A DNA stretch of 64,000 nucleotides, taken from Candidatus Aldehydirespiratoraceae bacterium (lineage in GTDB: Bacteria; Actinomycetota; Acidimicrobiia; Acidimicrobiales; Aldehydirespiratoraceae). The stretch is taken from positions 241,223 to 305,222 of the forward strand of contig CBDEVU010000017.1 in assembly GCA_965243715.1 (NCBI GenBank), in the 5' to 3' direction. A program made the position numbers and the translations under genes. Under the pieces are notes generated by a model, which worked only from the letters and a program-made list of their open reading frames with translations, had not been told where the DNA came from and searched no databases. Shown here one piece after another: positions 36,824-47,795 of this stretch. The stretch's first letter is position 1; each line of letters opens with the position of its first letter.

Positions 36824-36891
36824 CGGCGCCAACCGGTTCAACTGGTCGCTTAGTTGTCGGCGCCAACCGGTTCAACTGGTCGCTTAGTTGT
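36824..36891. repeat. perfect 34-bp tandem duplication (2.2 copies)
   Basis: cggcgccaaccggttcaactggtcgcttagttgt occurs at 36824-36857 and again at 36858-36891, followed by a partial third unit cggcgac. Copy 2 contains the rluB stop codon. Confidence 0.95.
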
Positions 36892-37612
36892 CGGCGACGG
36901 CTAGTTCCAAGGATCGGACCTCGTCGCGGCTGAGGTTGCGCCAAGCCCCGGGCTTCAGCTGTCGATCAACGAGGGATCCAATGCGGGTCCGTACTAGTCG
37001 CTCGACCGGATGTCCCACAGCGTCGAACATGCGCCGGACCTGTCGGTTGCGTCCCTCATGGATGGTGAGTCGGATCAAACTAGGCTCCACCGCGCTCACG
37101 CGGGCACGCTCCGTTGGACCGTCATCTAGTTCGACCCCGTCACGCAGTTCGCGCAAAGCGGCGCGTGACGGAACGCCTTTGACCAGCGCGAGATACTCCT
37201 TCTCCACGCCAAAACTTGGGTGAGTGAGGCGCTGGGTCAACTGACCGTCGTTGGTGAGAATCAACAGGCCTTCGCTGTCTCGGTCGAGCCGCCCGACCGA
37301 AAAAACCCGCGGTTCGCTCGGCACCGACTGAATAACGGTTGGGCGGCCTTGGGGATCATCGGCGGTGGTGATGACCCCAGTCGGCTTGTTGAGCAGGTAG
37401 TAGACGAGACCGGGCTTGATTCCGATCGGCGCGCCGTCGACCGCCACGATCGACGTGTCGACATCCACCCGCCGGCCCAGTATCGCCACCTCGCCATCAA
37501 CGGTTACTCGGCCCGCCGCGATGATGTCGTCACACCCGCGCCGACTCCCGAACCCCAACCGTGCGAGAACCTTCTGCAGGCGCACACCTTCGTGGTGCGG
37601 GGCGTCGCTCAT
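36884..37612 (-). CDS. rluB: pseudouridine synthase, RsuA/RluB family (S4 domain plus catalytic domain)
   Basis: S4 domain RLQKVLARLGFGSRR and catalytic GRLDRDSEGLL. The ATG at 37612 overlaps the scpB stop (ATGA). Confidence 0.85.
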   Translation of the reverse strand: MSDAPHHEGVRLQKVLARLGFGSRRGCDDIIAAGRVTVDGEVAILGRRVDVDTSIVAVDGAPIGIKPGLVYYLLNKPTGVITTADDPQGRPTVIQSVPSEPRVFSVGRLDRDSEGLLILTNDGQLTQRLTHPSFGVEKEYLALVKGVPSRAALRELRDGVELDDGPTERARVSAVEPSLIRLTIHEGRNRQVRRMFDAVGHPVERLVRTRIGSLVDRQLKPGAWRNLSRDEVRSLELAVADN

Positions 37613-38199
37613 GACGTCGGCTCCGTATCGTCGTGGTCTGGAGTAACCCACAGGCTCCGCTCTAGTGCCTCGATCACCTCATTCGGGGGGAAGAACTCGC
37701 CTAGGGCGGGCAAGTCGTCGATCGAGTCGAGTCCGAGTCGTTCGAGAAGAGAGGTCGTGGTGCCGTAAAGAACGGCCTGGCCGGGACCAGGGTCGCGTGC
37801 GACCTCGTCGACGTAACCTCGCTGCTGAAGGGTGCGCATAACCCCATCGACGTTGACCCCGCGGATAGCCGCAATTTGGTTCCGCGACACCGGCTGTTTG
37901 TAGGCTACGACCGCCAATGTTTCTAGGGCTGCCGCGGATAGGCGGGCTGACTGACCGTCGAGCACGAAGCGTTCGACGTATGGCGCTTGGTCGATGGAGG
38001 TTTGGTAGCGATACCCGCCCGCGACCCGAGCCAAAATGAACCCCCGCCCGTCGGCGACGTACTCAGCGGCCAATGTGTCGCAGATGTCGATCACCTCGTC
38101 GGGCGCGGCACCGACGAGACGACCAAGCAGTTCAGGGGGTAGTGGATCTTCGGCCACCAACAAGATCGCTTCGAGCGCCGCCGCCACGTAATCAGCCAT
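37609..38199 (-). CDS. scpB: segregation and condensation protein B
   Basis: ALEAILLVAEDPL, LAVVAYKQPVSR..I..IRGV blocks. Follows scpA. Confidence 0.9.
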   Translation of the reverse strand: MADYVAAALEAILLVAEDPLPPELLGRLVGAAPDEVIDICDTLAAEYVADGRGFILARVAGGYRYQTSIDQAPYVERFVLDGQSARLSAAALETLAVVAYKQPVSRNQIAAIRGVNVDGVMRTLQQRGYVDEVARDPGPGQAVLYGTTTSLLERLGLDSIDDLPALGEFFPPNEVIEALERSLWVTPDHDDTEPTS

Positions 38200-38200
38200 C

Positions 38201-39019
38201 TCAGCCCTCGTAGAAATCGATCACGAGGTCGCTAGCAGTTACCTCGTCACCGCCGGTCCAGACCACCGTAATCTCGCCAAACGTCGACAGCTGCTGCAAG
38301 TCAACGAGTCCTTGTTTGAAAAGTTCGAGAACGGCCAAGAAACGCACGACTACCTCAATGCGATCAACGAGTTCGGCCGTGAGTTGCCGAAAAGTTACAG
38401 AACCAACGGTCGATAGCTCATCGAGCAACTCGTCCACCGCCTCGGCCACCGTGACCTTGATCGGCGTGATGTGGGAGAGGTCGACCCGAACCTCCGGTTG
38501 GGGAGCCGTGGCTCGAAGATAGGCTTGGCGAAGATCGTCGGGTGTCGTGTTCTTGAGCAAGTCAGGGGCGAGGCTCACGAAGCGTTCTTCAACCAGTCCC
38601 ACACGGCGAGGATACGAACGAGCCGCTTCGACCGACAGCTTCCGCAACATCGTCGCCGCGTCCTTGAACGTTTTGCACTCGACCAAGCGAGCGAGCAAAA
38701 GATCACGCTCTTCCCACCGGCCTAGTTCGTCGTCGAGGTCGATCTCGCCGTCTACGGGAAGGAGCCGGCGGGCCTTGAGTTCCACCAAAGTCGCGGCGAT
38801 CAGCAAGAACTCGGTGGCGACCTCGAGGTCAAGTCGGTCCAGCCATTCCAGTTCCGTGAGGTAGGCATCAACGATCTCTGACAGGTCGATATCGTACAAC
38901 TCGACCTGCTCGCGCAAGATGAGGTGCAACAAAAGATCAAACGGTCCGGCGAAAACCGGCGTATGCACCTCGTAGGCCACTGTGGTGACGATAGGCCGCG
39001 ATCGGCCGCGTGCAACCAA
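38201..39019 (-). CDS. scpA: segregation and condensation protein A
   Basis: FAGPFDLLLHLI....V...D....I...Y is the ScpA N-terminal signature. Confidence 0.85.
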   Translation of the reverse strand: MVARGRSRPIVTTVAYEVHTPVFAGPFDLLLHLILREQVELYDIDLSEIVDAYLTELEWLDRLDLEVATEFLLIAATLVELKARRLLPVDGEIDLDDELGRWEERDLLLARLVECKTFKDAATMLRKLSVEAARSYPRRVGLVEERFVSLAPDLLKNTTPDDLRQAYLRATAPQPEVRVDLSHITPIKVTVAEAVDELLDELSTVGSVTFRQLTAELVDRIEVVVRFLAVLELFKQGLVDLQQLSTFGEITVVWTGGDEVTASDLVIDFYEG

Positions 39020-39040
39020 ATGCCTCTACGCTGGCCGCCT

Positions 39041-40027
39041 ATGAGGCGCGTATTTTCCGGCATTCAACCAACAGGTGAACAACACCTCGGCAACCTCCTT
39101 GGCGCCACCCGAAACTGGGTGCGGATGCAGCACGAAACCGACGCCATCTTTTGTGTGGTTGATCTCCACGCTGTCACCGTGCCCCAGCCCCCGGGCGAAG
39201 TTCGGGAAGGGTCGTTGCGCTTGGCTCAGTTGCTGATGGCGGTCGGCCTTGACCCCGAAACATGCACGTTGTTCGTGCAGAGCCATGTCAAAGAACACGC
39301 CGAATGCGGCTGGCTGATGGCGTGTACGGTGGGTTACGGCGAACTCAGTCGCATGACCCAGTTCAAAGACAAAAGCGCACGTCACGATTTCATCTCGGCG
39401 GGACTCTTCACGTACCCGGCCCTGCAAACGGCTGACATTGTCTTGTACGACACCGACGATGTGCCCGTGGGCGACGATCAACGCCAGCACCTCGAAATCG
39501 CCCGCGATATTGCCGAACGGTTCAACCGTCGCTACGGCGACACCTTCGTCGTACCTTCCGCGGTCATCTCGCCACTTGGGGCGCGGGTCATGGACCTCCA
39601 GAGCCCCACGGACAAAATGTCAAAGTCACTCGCTTCACCGAAAGGAACTATTGGCCTGCTCGACGAACCAAAGGCCATCGAAAAAAAAATCAAGAGCGCT
39701 GTGACCGACAGCGACGGCGAGGTCCGGTTCGACCAAGCCACCAAGCCAGGCATCGCCAACCTGTTGTCGATTCTTGGCGCCGCGACCAACCGGGACCCAG
39801 CGCAACTCGCCGACACCTACGAGCAGTACGGGGCGCTGAAAGTAGACACAGCGGAAGCGGTCGTGGAACTCCTCCGCCCGATCCAGGAGCGCTTCCGCGA
39901 ACTTGAGGCCGACCCAGGCGAAACGACGCGTCTGCTACGAGTCGGGGCAGAGAAGGCCCGCTCGATCGCCTCCGTCACCATGGAGCGAGCCCGCCACAAT
40001 ATTGGGTTGCTCGAGTCCCAAGGCTAA
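39041..40027 (+). CDS. trpS: tryptophan--tRNA ligase
   Basis: FSGIQPTGEQHLGN (HIGH-like) and KMSKS. The ATG at 39041 avoids overlap with scpA. Confidence 0.9.
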   Translation: MRRVFSGIQPTGEQHLGNLLGATRNWVRMQHETDAIFCVVDLHAVTVPQPPGEVREGSLRLAQLLMAVGLDPETCTLFVQSHVKEHAECGWLMACTVGYGELSRMTQFKDKSARHDFISAGLFTYPALQTADIVLYDTDDVPVGDDQRQHLEIARDIAERFNRRYGDTFVVPSAVISPLGARVMDLQSPTDKMSKSLASPKGTIGLLDEPKAIEKKIKSAVTDSDGEVRFDQATKPGIANLLSILGAATNRDPAQLADTYEQYGALKVDTAEAVVELLRPIQERFRELEADPGETTRLLRVGAEKARSIASVTMERARHNIGLLESQG

Positions 40028-40545
40028 TCGTTATCGACCTCGTGCAGGACCGCCGCAGTGGCCGGATCGAGCGTCCATTCGGCGGTGGGACGATGATGCT
40101 CGGCGGCCCACGCCACCGTGAGCGGATCTGAACCGGCGCGTTCCAGCATCTCGGCACCAATCTCAGGATGGTGGAGGTAGCGCCCGATCTTGCCCCTAAA
40201 TCCTTTCGCTTGGCGCCATCGTTGGGCGGAGTCTCGTCCCAGTACTTTCGCGGCTAGGGTGGCCACCACTCGACCCACCGTTCCAAGATCGGCGTCTATC
40301 TTGCCCACGTCGTGGAGGAGGGCGGCGGCCCGCACCGGCATAGTCGAGTCACGGCCGAGGCGATGAGCTACTTCGCGGGCCACAGCCACCGAATGACGAC
40401 GATCCGGTCCGCTCATCTGCTCCCATAGGCCACACTCCGCTTCGTTGAGTTGGTCGCCGACCCATGAGCAGTCAGCGGGACTTGGTCCGCCACGCCGCAG
40501 CGACCCGAAGAAGCGGCGGATGAGGTGAGCGGTACCGCCCATCAA
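40024..40545 (-). CDS. HD-domain metal-dependent phosphohydrolase
   Basis: H...HD signature (RHSVAVA...ALLHDVGK). Confidence 0.7.
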   Translation of the reverse strand: MMGGTAHLIRRFFGSLRRGGPSPADCSWVGDQLNEAECGLWEQMSGPDRRHSVAVAREVAHRLGRDSTMPVRAAALLHDVGKIDADLGTVGRVVATLAAKVLGRDSAQRWRQAKGFRGKIGRYLHHPEIGAEMLERAGSDPLTVAWAAEHHRPTAEWTLDPATAAVLHEVDND

Positions 40546-41456
40546 AGCCCCACAGCCCGCGGATGGGCAGAACGGTAAACTTCCAGCATCCGCTCAACGC
40601 TCACCTTCGTGTAAATCTGCGTGGTCGATAGCGAGGCATGGCCGAGTAGTTCCTGCACCGTGCGGATGTCGGCGCCGTGGTCGAGCATGTGGGTCGCGCA
40701 CGAATGGCGCAAGACGTGCGGACTGAGTTCGTCGTACAAGCCAACCGCGGCTCCCCGGCCCGTGACTATCCCCCACGCGCCTTGTCGGCTCAGGCGACCG
40801 CCACGCTGGTTCAAAAAGACCGCCTCAGCATCGCCGCGGCGAGCCCACCGCGCCGGTTGCATGGCCCCCCGTCCGGCGGGCGCGAACCAACCGGTGAGAG
40901 CTCCCGCGGCCAGCCGACCAAGCGGAACGATGCGCTCCTTGGATCCTTTTCCCATGAGGCGCACCAGCCCGTCGTGCAGGTCAATGTCGCCGAGCGACAA
41001 GCCGACCAACTCCGAGATGCGGGCCCCAGTGCCATACAGCGTCTCGAGGATGGCCCGATCACGTCGCGAAACCATATCTGCCCCCGTTACCGAGTCAATC
41101 AGTGCAGCTACCTCGTCAACGGTCAGCGCCTTGGGCAACCCTTTGGGCACTCGGGGGATCTCGACATCGGCCGCAGGGTCGTCGCTACGAACCTCCTCGG
41201 CCGTGAGGAACCTGTGGGCTCCGCGTACCGCCACGAGGGTCCGCGTGATCGACGCCGGGGCCAGCCCTTGCCCTACCAGTACGTGAACGAACGCAATGAC
41301 ATCATCAGTAGAGGCCGTGATGGAGGTTCGGCCTCTGCGGTGGAGATGATCCTGGTACCGGCCGAGGTCGCGTCGGTAGGCAGCCAAGGTATTGCTCGCT
41401 CGACCCCGTTCGACCGCCAAGCAGGTCAAAAAGTCCTGCAGGTTTGCTTCGAGCAT
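40542..41456 (-). CDS. xerD: site-specific tyrosine recombinase XerD
   Basis: Catalytic R...H-x-x-R...Y (ARISEL, HVLRHSCATH, TQIYT). Conserved pyrG-nudix-xerD context. Confidence 0.85.
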   Translation of the reverse strand: MLEANLQDFLTCLAVERGRASNTLAAYRRDLGRYQDHLHRRGRTSITASTDDVIAFVHVLVGQGLAPASITRTLVAVRGAHRFLTAEEVRSDDPAADVEIPRVPKGLPKALTVDEVAALIDSVTGADMVSRRDRAILETLYGTGARISELVGLSLGDIDLHDGLVRLMGKGSKERIVPLGRLAAGALTGWFAPAGRGAMQPARWARRGDAEAVFLNQRGGRLSRQGAWGIVTGRGAAVGLYDELSPHVLRHSCATHMLDHGADIRTVQELLGHASLSTTQIYTKVSVERMLEVYRSAHPRAVGL

Positions 41457-41463
41457 GCCGGAC

Positions 41464-42027
41464 TCACCGGTCTAGCCGCCGCAGGGCGGTGTGGAGGCCA
41501 ACCATGGTCTTAGCGTCGGTGATTCGTCCGTCGCCAACCGCGGCCAGCGCCTCATCCAGGGGCCACCGTTCGATGGTCATATGGCGCTCCTCTGGTCCTT
41601 CGTGAGCGACGGACCGCACCCGCAGGTCCGTGGCCAGATAGATGTGTATGTACTCGTCGCAGAATCCCACCGAGCAGTGCATTCCGGTGAGAAACTCCAG
41701 CGAGGCTGGCTCAAGGCCTACCTCTTCGATTAGTTCGCGACGAGCAGTGGCGGCGGGCGGTTCGCCGTCGACATCGCGTTTGCCAGCCGGAATCTCCAGC
41801 ACCTCCGTATGGAGGGCGGCTCGATACTGGCGCACCAACACAATCTCGTCGTTGTCGATCGCCACTACCCCCACCGCTCCGGGATGACGGACAATGTCGC
41901 GGTTGACTCGGTGCCCTTCCGGCGTTTCGAACTCGCCCTCGACCACCCGGATGACGAAGCCGTCGTAGATTTCGCGCTCGTCGACGAACGTGAACCCAAA
42001 CGCCGAGGTTGAACCCTGGATGGTCAC
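41464..42027 (-). CDS. NUDIX hydrolase (ADP-ribose pyrophosphatase-like)
   Basis: Nudix box [23 protein letters not shown]. Confidence 0.8.
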   Translation of the reverse strand: MTIQGSTSAFGFTFVDEREIYDGFVIRVVEGEFETPEGHRVNRDIVRHPGAVGVVAIDNDEIVLVRQYRAALHTEVLEIPAGKRDVDGEPPAATARRELIEEVGLEPASLEFLTGMHCSVGFCDEYIHIYLATDLRVRSVAHEGPEERHMTIERWPLDEALAAVGDGRITDAKTMVGLHTALRRLDR

Positions 42028-43676
42028 GACTCGGCTCCCGAAAGAGGCCCGTCAATCGACGGCAGGTGTGGATTCCGTCCTTCGGCGCGCTGGCGCGACG
42101 CGGCAATGAACGACCGGAACAACGGAGCGGGTCGGTCAGGGCGACTCTTGAACTCTGGGTGTGCCTGCGTCCCCACCCAAAACGGGTGGTTCTTTAGTTC
42201 GATGAACTCGATTAGTCGGCCATCGGGCGACTGCCCCGACAGGTACAGTTCGCTGTCTTCGAACCGACTCCGATACTTCGGGTTGAACTCGTATCGGTGG
42301 CGATGTCTTTCCGAAACGACATCTTCGCCGTAGGCGGCGCGGACCTGCGAACCGGGCTGGAGGTGGGCGAGATAGGCCCCGAGTCGCATTGTGCCTCCCA
42401 TGTCGGTGACGTTGCGCTGACTGTCCATCAAGTCGATAACGGGATGGCTAGTTTGGGCGTCAAATTCGGTGCTATGAGCGCCCGCTAATCCGAGTTCGCT
42501 GCGGGCGTACTCGATGGTCATAACCTGCATGCCGAGGCAGAGCCCAAGGCACGGGATGTTGTTTTTTCGGGCGTAGCCCGCGGCGGCAATCTTGCCTTCG
42601 ATCCCCCGCTCGCCGAAACCGCCCGGGATGACGATTCCGTCGAGGTCACGAAAGCGACCGCTGGTTAACGAACTGGCGACCGCTTCGGCTTGGATCCACT
42701 CGATCTCGATTTTGACCCCGTGATAGATGCCCGCGTGGTTTAGTGATTCCACCACGCTGAGGTAGGCGTCGGGCAGGCTGACGTACTTGCCGATGAGGCC
42801 CACGCGAACCGGCGTAGTGGCACCCTGAACCCGTTCGACAAGTTCCCGCCAAGCGGTGAGATCCAGTGGACGATCGTCGAGATCAAGGATCTGGCAGACA
42901 AAGTCGTCAAGCCCTTCGTCGTGCAGAACCAGCGGAATCTCGTACAGGCTCGAGGCGTCGGCCGCGTTGACGACGCCTGCTACGGGAACGTCGCACAGGT
43001 TAGAGATCTTGCGCCGCAGGTCCGCAGTGATGGAATCATCGGAGCGACAAATTATGGCGTCAGGTTGGATACCTCGACTGCGTAGTTCGGTGACCGAGTG
43101 TTGCGTTGGCTTAGTCTTTTGCTCCCCCGACGGTCCGATAAAAGGCACTAAGGTTACGTGGACGTAGCAGACATTTTTTCGACCAACGTCGAGTCGGAAC
43201 TGACGGATCGCTTCGAGGAAGGGCAAAATCTCGATATCACCTACCGTGCCGCCGACTTCGGTGATGACAACATCGACATCGCGGCTTACTAGCCGGTTGA
43301 TGCGTCGTTTGATCTCGTCGGTGATGTGGGGAATCACTTGGACCGTTTTACCGAGATAATCGCCTCGTCGTTCGGCGGCTATAACCGATTGGTAGATCGA
43401 GCCGGTGGTGGCGTTGGAGTCGATCGTGAGGTTTTCGTCTATGAACCGTTCGTAGTGGCCTAGATCGAGGTCGGTCTCGCCGCCGTCGTCTGTTACGAAC
43501 ACTTCGCCGTGTTCGAAAGGGTTCATCGTTCCCGGATCGACGTTGAGGTAAGGGTCCAGTTTTTGCATGGTGACGCGCCATCCACGGGCTTTGAGTAGTC
43601 GCCCGAGCGAGGATCCCGAGAGGCCTTTGCCTAGACCGCTCACCACGCCGCCGGTTACGAAGATGTGCTTCGTCAT
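42024..43676 (-). CDS. pyrG: CTP synthase
   Basis: [16 protein letters not shown] and the glutaminase block GLCLGMQ. Confidence 0.95.
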   Translation of the reverse strand: MTKHIFVTGGVVSGLGKGLSGSSLGRLLKARGWRVTMQKLDPYLNVDPGTMNPFEHGEVFVTDDGGETDLDLGHYERFIDENLTIDSNATTGSIYQSVIAAERRGDYLGKTVQVIPHITDEIKRRINRLVSRDVDVVITEVGGTVGDIEILPFLEAIRQFRLDVGRKNVCYVHVTLVPFIGPSGEQKTKPTQHSVTELRSRGIQPDAIICRSDDSITADLRRKISNLCDVPVAGVVNAADASSLYEIPLVLHDEGLDDFVCQILDLDDRPLDLTAWRELVERVQGATTPVRVGLIGKYVSLPDAYLSVVESLNHAGIYHGVKIEIEWIQAEAVASSLTSGRFRDLDGIVIPGGFGERGIEGKIAAAGYARKNNIPCLGLCLGMQVMTIEYARSELGLAGAHSTEFDAQTSHPVIDLMDSQRNVTDMGGTMRLGAYLAHLQPGSQVRAAYGEDVVSERHRHRYEFNPKYRSRFEDSELYLSGQSPDGRLIEFIELKNHPFWVGTQAHPEFKSRPDRPAPLFRSFIAASRQRAEGRNPHLPSIDGPLSGAES

Positions 43677-45307
43677 CGAGACGACACGCTACCCAAAGCA
43701 CCCGCTCGGCGGGTCGCCGCGACGGCGATGAGTTCTTCGGCATGCTCTCGCGCCGTGTTCGATTCTGGCGAACCCGAAAGCATGCGAGACAGTTCAACCA
43801 CCCGCTCCGCGTCAGTCAGAGGCCGCGCCGTACTGACGGTCCGACCCGCCACGTCGGCCTTAGTAATAGCGACGTGTTGGTCGGCAAACGCCGCGACTTG
43901 GGCAAGGTGGGTAACCACAAGCACCTGATGGCTGGGCGCAAGGTCGGACAAACTCGCCCCCACGATATTGGCCACATCGCCGCCAATTCCAGCATCAACC
44001 TCATCGAAGACCAAGGTGGGGGGACCGGCGGTGAGCACGAGGCGCAAGGCCAGCATCGTGCGGGCGAGTTCACCCCCGGAGGCAACCTTGGTGAGCGACT
44101 GCGGGTCGTGCCCTATGTTGGCGGCCAGACGGATTTCGACATCGTCTCCGGCCTCACCGGCCACCGAGACCTCTAGGCGCGCACCTGCCATCGCCAGGCG
44201 ACCCAAATTGGCTTCGACCGCCGCCGCTAGGCGAGGAGCGGCCTCGGTGCGTGCGGCCAGAACCGCGGCCCGCTCCCGCGTGAGGTCGGCGAGAAGTTCA
44301 TCGCGACGCTGATCGAGGACGGCCGCGCCTGCTTCGAAGCTAACTAACTCTGCTAAGCGCTCCGCTGAGTCACGGCTAAAGTCCAGCACCTCGGCCAGAG
44401 TTTCGCCGTATTTGCGACGCAGTTCGCGCAGCATCGCTCGCCGTTCGCGCAACGCCTCGAGGGTGGCGGGATCCTCGTCAATCGACTCGGCCCGCGTTCT
44501 GGTTTCGGCCGCGAGGTCAGCCAGTTCGGCCGAGACACCGTGGAGGCGATTGACTAGATCGGCGAACGGGGACCGGTCCGCCAGCGCTGCCAAGGCCTCG
44601 CCCACGCCCGTCATGACTTGTCCCTCGGAGTCCAGTAGGGCCACCGCGGCCGAGGCGGCTTCTCGGTGGGAGCTAGCATCGGACAGCAAGCTTTCCTCGT
44701 CGTCGAGGCGGATATCCTCATCGGGGTCGGCAATATTGGCCGCGTCGATTTCGGCCAACTGATGGCGCAGAAGATCAATCTCGCGTGCTCGGGCTCGGTC
44801 GTCGCCGCCGAGTTCTGCCAACGCCACTTCGGTCGTACGAAGTTCGTCCGTCAAAGTGACAAGGGCGGAGGTGTCGATCTCCCCGAACTGATCTAGTGCG
44901 GCGCGTTGAACGGCCACTTTGAGTAGAGATTGGTGGGCATGTTGCCCGTGCAGGTCGACTAGGTCAACTCCTTGATCGGTGAGCGCCCCGACGGTGGCGA
45001 GGCGCCCATTGATGTACACCCGACTGCGCCCCGCACGCGGGATAACTCGGCGGACCACGATCTCGTCGTCGCCCATCACGAATCGCCCTTGAATCTCTGC
45101 CTCGTCGGCGCCGGGCCGGACCAGCGAGGCATCCGCCCGCCCGCCGGTGAGCAAATCGATAGCGCCCACGATCAGGGTCTTTCCCGCTCCCGTCTCGCCG
45201 GTTACCACGGTCATCCCCTCGTCGAGAAGCAACGAAAGTTCGTCGATAACCCCGAGGTCGCGAACCAGAAGTTCGCTCAGCATGGGATCGCTCGGGGCAA
45301 ACGACAA
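43673..45307 (-). CDS. recN: DNA repair protein RecN
   Basis: Walker A GETGAGKT, a long coiled-coil region, and the C-terminal signature/Walker B ([19 protein letters not shown]). Confidence 0.9.
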   Translation of the reverse strand: MSFAPSDPMLSELLVRDLGVIDELSLLLDEGMTVVTGETGAGKTLIVGAIDLLTGGRADASLVRPGADEAEIQGRFVMGDDEIVVRRVIPRAGRSRVYINGRLATVGALTDQGVDLVDLHGQHAHQSLLKVAVQRAALDQFGEIDTSALVTLTDELRTTEVALAELGGDDRARAREIDLLRHQLAEIDAANIADPDEDIRLDDEESLLSDASSHREAASAAVALLDSEGQVMTGVGEALAALADRSPFADLVNRLHGVSAELADLAAETRTRAESIDEDPATLEALRERRAMLRELRRKYGETLAEVLDFSRDSAERLAELVSFEAGAAVLDQRRDELLADLTRERAAVLAARTEAAPRLAAAVEANLGRLAMAGARLEVSVAGEAGDDVEIRLAANIGHDPQSLTKVASGGELARTMLALRLVLTAGPPTLVFDEVDAGIGGDVANIVGASLSDLAPSHQVLVVTHLAQVAAFADQHVAITKADVAGRTVSTARPLTDAERVVELSRMLSGSPESNTAREHAEELIAVAATRRAGALGSVSSR

Positions 45308-45325
45308 GGGCGAGATAGATCACGA

Positions 45326-46186
45326 TCAGCGGTCATTGAGTCCAAACTTGGCCTTCAATACTTGATGGAAGCGTCGGGGCCCGAAAGTGACCAGCCGAGC
45401 CGACTGGGCTGACGCGGTACACTCAATTACGGCACCATCGCCCACGAAGGCAATCCTACGGCCGTCCACTGACACTGTGGCGGGCCGATGACCGTCGACG
45501 GTGAAGCGAACTTGGGTGTGAGGCTCAAACACCATCGATCGGTCGAACAACATATGGGGCGACACCGGCGTAAGCAGGATCGCCCGGTGTGTCGGGGCAA
45601 TGATGGGTCCTCGCACCGAAAAAGCGTACGCCGTGGAGCCGGTAGGGGTCGACACAATCACGCCGTCGACCGCGTAGGTCGTGAAGAACTCATCGTCGAT
45701 CTCGGCCCGCAAGCGAATGGTGTTGACCTCCGCCGACCGCTCGATCGCGGCTTCGTTCATAGCCAGGAAATGCCTAACCGGCTCCCCATCGCAGGCGGTG
45801 ACGGCCACATCGAGCAGCATGCGCTCCTCAATGCTGAAGTCACCCGCAATGAAACGACTCACCGAGTGGACCGCCTGATCGGGGTGAACCTCGGTCAGAT
45901 AGCCGAGTTGGCCATGATCGACTCCGAGAATCGGTGTACCCGCCGAGCCCACTAGTTCAACGGCGCGCAAAATCGAGCCGTCCCCGCCCAAGGTGACGAC
46001 CAGATCGAGGCCTTCGACGAACGCCTCCCCATCGGTGAGGGTGACGCCATCGAGGTCGGCAAACTCCGCGTCGTTCGACGGTGCTCGCACCCTGTGGCCT
46101 TGTTGGCGGAGCCAGCCCGCGACCTCTCGTGCTTGCTGGCGGGCCGATTCACGGCCTAGGTGGATAATGAGACCGAGGGTGGCCAT
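45326..46186 (-). CDS. nadK: NAD kinase
   Basis: GGDG, NEA and TPTGSTAY motifs. The ATG at 46186 overlaps the tlyA stop by 1 nt (TAATG). Confidence 0.9.
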   Translation of the reverse strand: MATLGLIIHLGRESARQQAREVAGWLRQQGHRVRAPSNDAEFADLDGVTLTDGEAFVEGLDLVVTLGGDGSILRAVELVGSAGTPILGVDHGQLGYLTEVHPDQAVHSVSRFIAGDFSIEERMLLDVAVTACDGEPVRHFLAMNEAAIERSAEVNTIRLRAEIDDEFFTTYAVDGVIVSTPTGSTAYAFSVRGPIIAPTHRAILLTPVSPHMLFDRSMVFEPHTQVRFTVDGHRPATVSVDGRRIAFVGDGAVIECTASAQSARLVTFGPRRFHQVLKAKFGLNDR

Positions 46187-46998
46187 TACCGCCCCTCTCG
46201 CCACGTGGCCTCGGCGACGGCGTCGGCGCATCGGTCGGGCCATCGCTCGACGCCGGTCGTGGCGTAGCAAGCATGCATAAGGAACTCTACGTTGCCATCG
46301 CCGCCGGTTAGAGGAGACACCATGACCCCCATGATGGCCGCACCGACGCTCGAAAGGGCGTTTCCCACCCGCTCAAGGGTCGAGGCCCACACCGCCGGAT
46401 CGCGAATAATGCCGCGACCTTTGTCGGCCTCGGCCTTGTCTGCTTCGAACTGCGGCTTGACTAGCACCACCATCTCGCCATCGGCGGTAGTGAGTTCGGC
46501 GAGGTTCGCGGCCACGGTTCGCAGCGAAATGAAAGATAGGTCAGCCACGAGAAGCGAACCAGGTCCGCCCACGTCGGCCGCCGTAACGTGGCGGACGTTG
46601 GTTTGTTGGTAAACTTCAACCCGAGGGTCGGCTCGGATTCTTTCGTGGAGTTGGTTGCGGCCCACGTCGATCGCGATCACGCGTGCGGCACCTGCTTGCA
46701 GGCAGCAATCCGTAAAACCGCCCGTCGATGAGCCGACATCTACCACCGTGCGGCCCGCGGGGTTGACGGCGAACTCGGCGAGCGCGGCGGCGAGCTTTTC
46801 TCCCGCTCGGCTCACGAACCGCGGGCCGTCACCTAAGATCACTAGCGCTTCACCTGGATCAACTAGGCGGGATGCTTTGGCCGCTGGCGCGCCACTCACG
46901 GTGACTCGGCTGCCCTCGATCAGATCGTGGGCCCGGGCCAGACTAGACACGAGTTCTCGGCGAACCAGCTCATCATCGAGACGACGACGGGCAGCCAC
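46186..46998 (-). CDS. tlyA: TlyA-family rRNA (cytidine-2'-O)-methyltransferase
   Basis: S4-like N-terminus (RLDDELVRR) and the FtsJ-type SAM motif VVDVGSSTGGFTD. The GTG at 46998 overlaps the HAD stop by 1 nt. Confidence 0.85.
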   Translation of the reverse strand: MAARRRLDDELVRRELVSSLARAHDLIEGSRVTVSGAPAAKASRLVDPGEALVILGDGPRFVSRAGEKLAAALAEFAVNPAGRTVVDVGSSTGGFTDCCLQAGAARVIAIDVGRNQLHERIRADPRVEVYQQTNVRHVTAADVGGPGSLLVADLSFISLRTVAANLAELTTADGEMVVLVKPQFEADKAEADKGRGIIRDPAVWASTLERVGNALSSVGAAIMGVMVSPLTGGDGNVEFLMHACYATTGVERWPDRCADAVAEATWREGR

Positions 46999-47795
46999 TA
47001 CCGCAGCCCCAGACGTTGCCCGACGAGCGCCCGCAGATCCTCGGCCGTAACCGCAGGCGGCCCAACGAGGCACGGATCAGTCGCCCTCGTGACGCCGCTG
47101 AAGACCAGACCAAACTCGTATCCCAGGTACTCGGCGAACAAACCATCTGTCTCGGCTCGATCGCCCACCATGATCCCGTCCGCGCCGAGTCGCTCTCTGG
47201 TGAGGTCGCCAATCGCGCGATGGGGTTTGCCCGCCACCTCTGGAGTGACGCCAGTGGCGGTAGCTATCGAGGCAACGATGGCTCCATTGCCGGGGAGCAG
47301 ACCGTCGGCGGCGGGAAACGTGGTGTCGGTGTTCGTGGCGATGAACCGCGCCCCCGCTAGGACGGCGTTCATCGCCGTGGTCATCATCGAGTAGTCGAAA
47401 TCGCTGGTCATGCCTACCGTGACCGTATCGATTAAGCCAGTTTCAACTCGGCCCGTAGCTACACAGGTCGTATCAAGGACCGTGGCACCGCGCCCCTCGA
47501 GGGCGCTACGCAAACCCTCAGAGCCGATCATCAAAACACGCTCGCCGGGTTCGATCATCGTTGCCGCGGCCATCGCCGAGGTGATGACCTCGGATTCGGC
47601 GTCGGGGATGCCGTGAGCGGCTAACTTGGCCGCCACCTGGGCGGGAGTGCGCTGCGCTGAGTTGGTAACAAACGCGATAGGGACCGCCTCGGCCCGCAGT
47701 CGGGCCACGGCCTCGGGCGCGCCGGGCACGGTCTTTGATCCCCGCCAGATCACGCCGTCAAGGTCGATCGCCCAACTGGTCAGGTTACGTCCCAC
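46998..47795 (-). CDS. HAD-IIA family hydrolase
   Basis: DLDGVIWRG motif I, FVTNS motif II, and the C-terminal GD..ETD. Confidence 0.8.
   Translation of the reverse strand: MGRNLTSWAIDLDGVIWRGSKTVPGAPEAVARLRAEAVPIAFVTNSAQRTPAQVAAKLAAHGIPDAESEVITSAMAAATMIEPGERVLMIGSEGLRSALEGRGATVLDTTCVATGRVETGLIDTVTVGMTSDFDYSMMTTAMNAVLAGARFIATNTDTTFPAADGLLPGNGAIVASIATATGVTPEVAGKPHRAIGDLTRERLGADGIMVGDRAETDGLFAEYLGYEFGLVFSGVTRATDPCLVGPPAVTAEDLRALVGQRLGLR

Noticed and set aside
36824-36891. Direct repeats (34-bp x2 here, 15-bp x3 at 62293-62337) as a mini CRISPR array
   Set aside because: The units are directly adjacent with no spacers, there are only 2-3 copies, and there are no cas genes in the window.
40542-41456. 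Tyrosine recombinase as a sign of an integrated mobile element
   Set aside because: It sits in the conserved pyrG-nudix-xerD chromosomal context, has bulk-genome composition and has no flanking repeats or phage genes. It is the housekeeping XerD.
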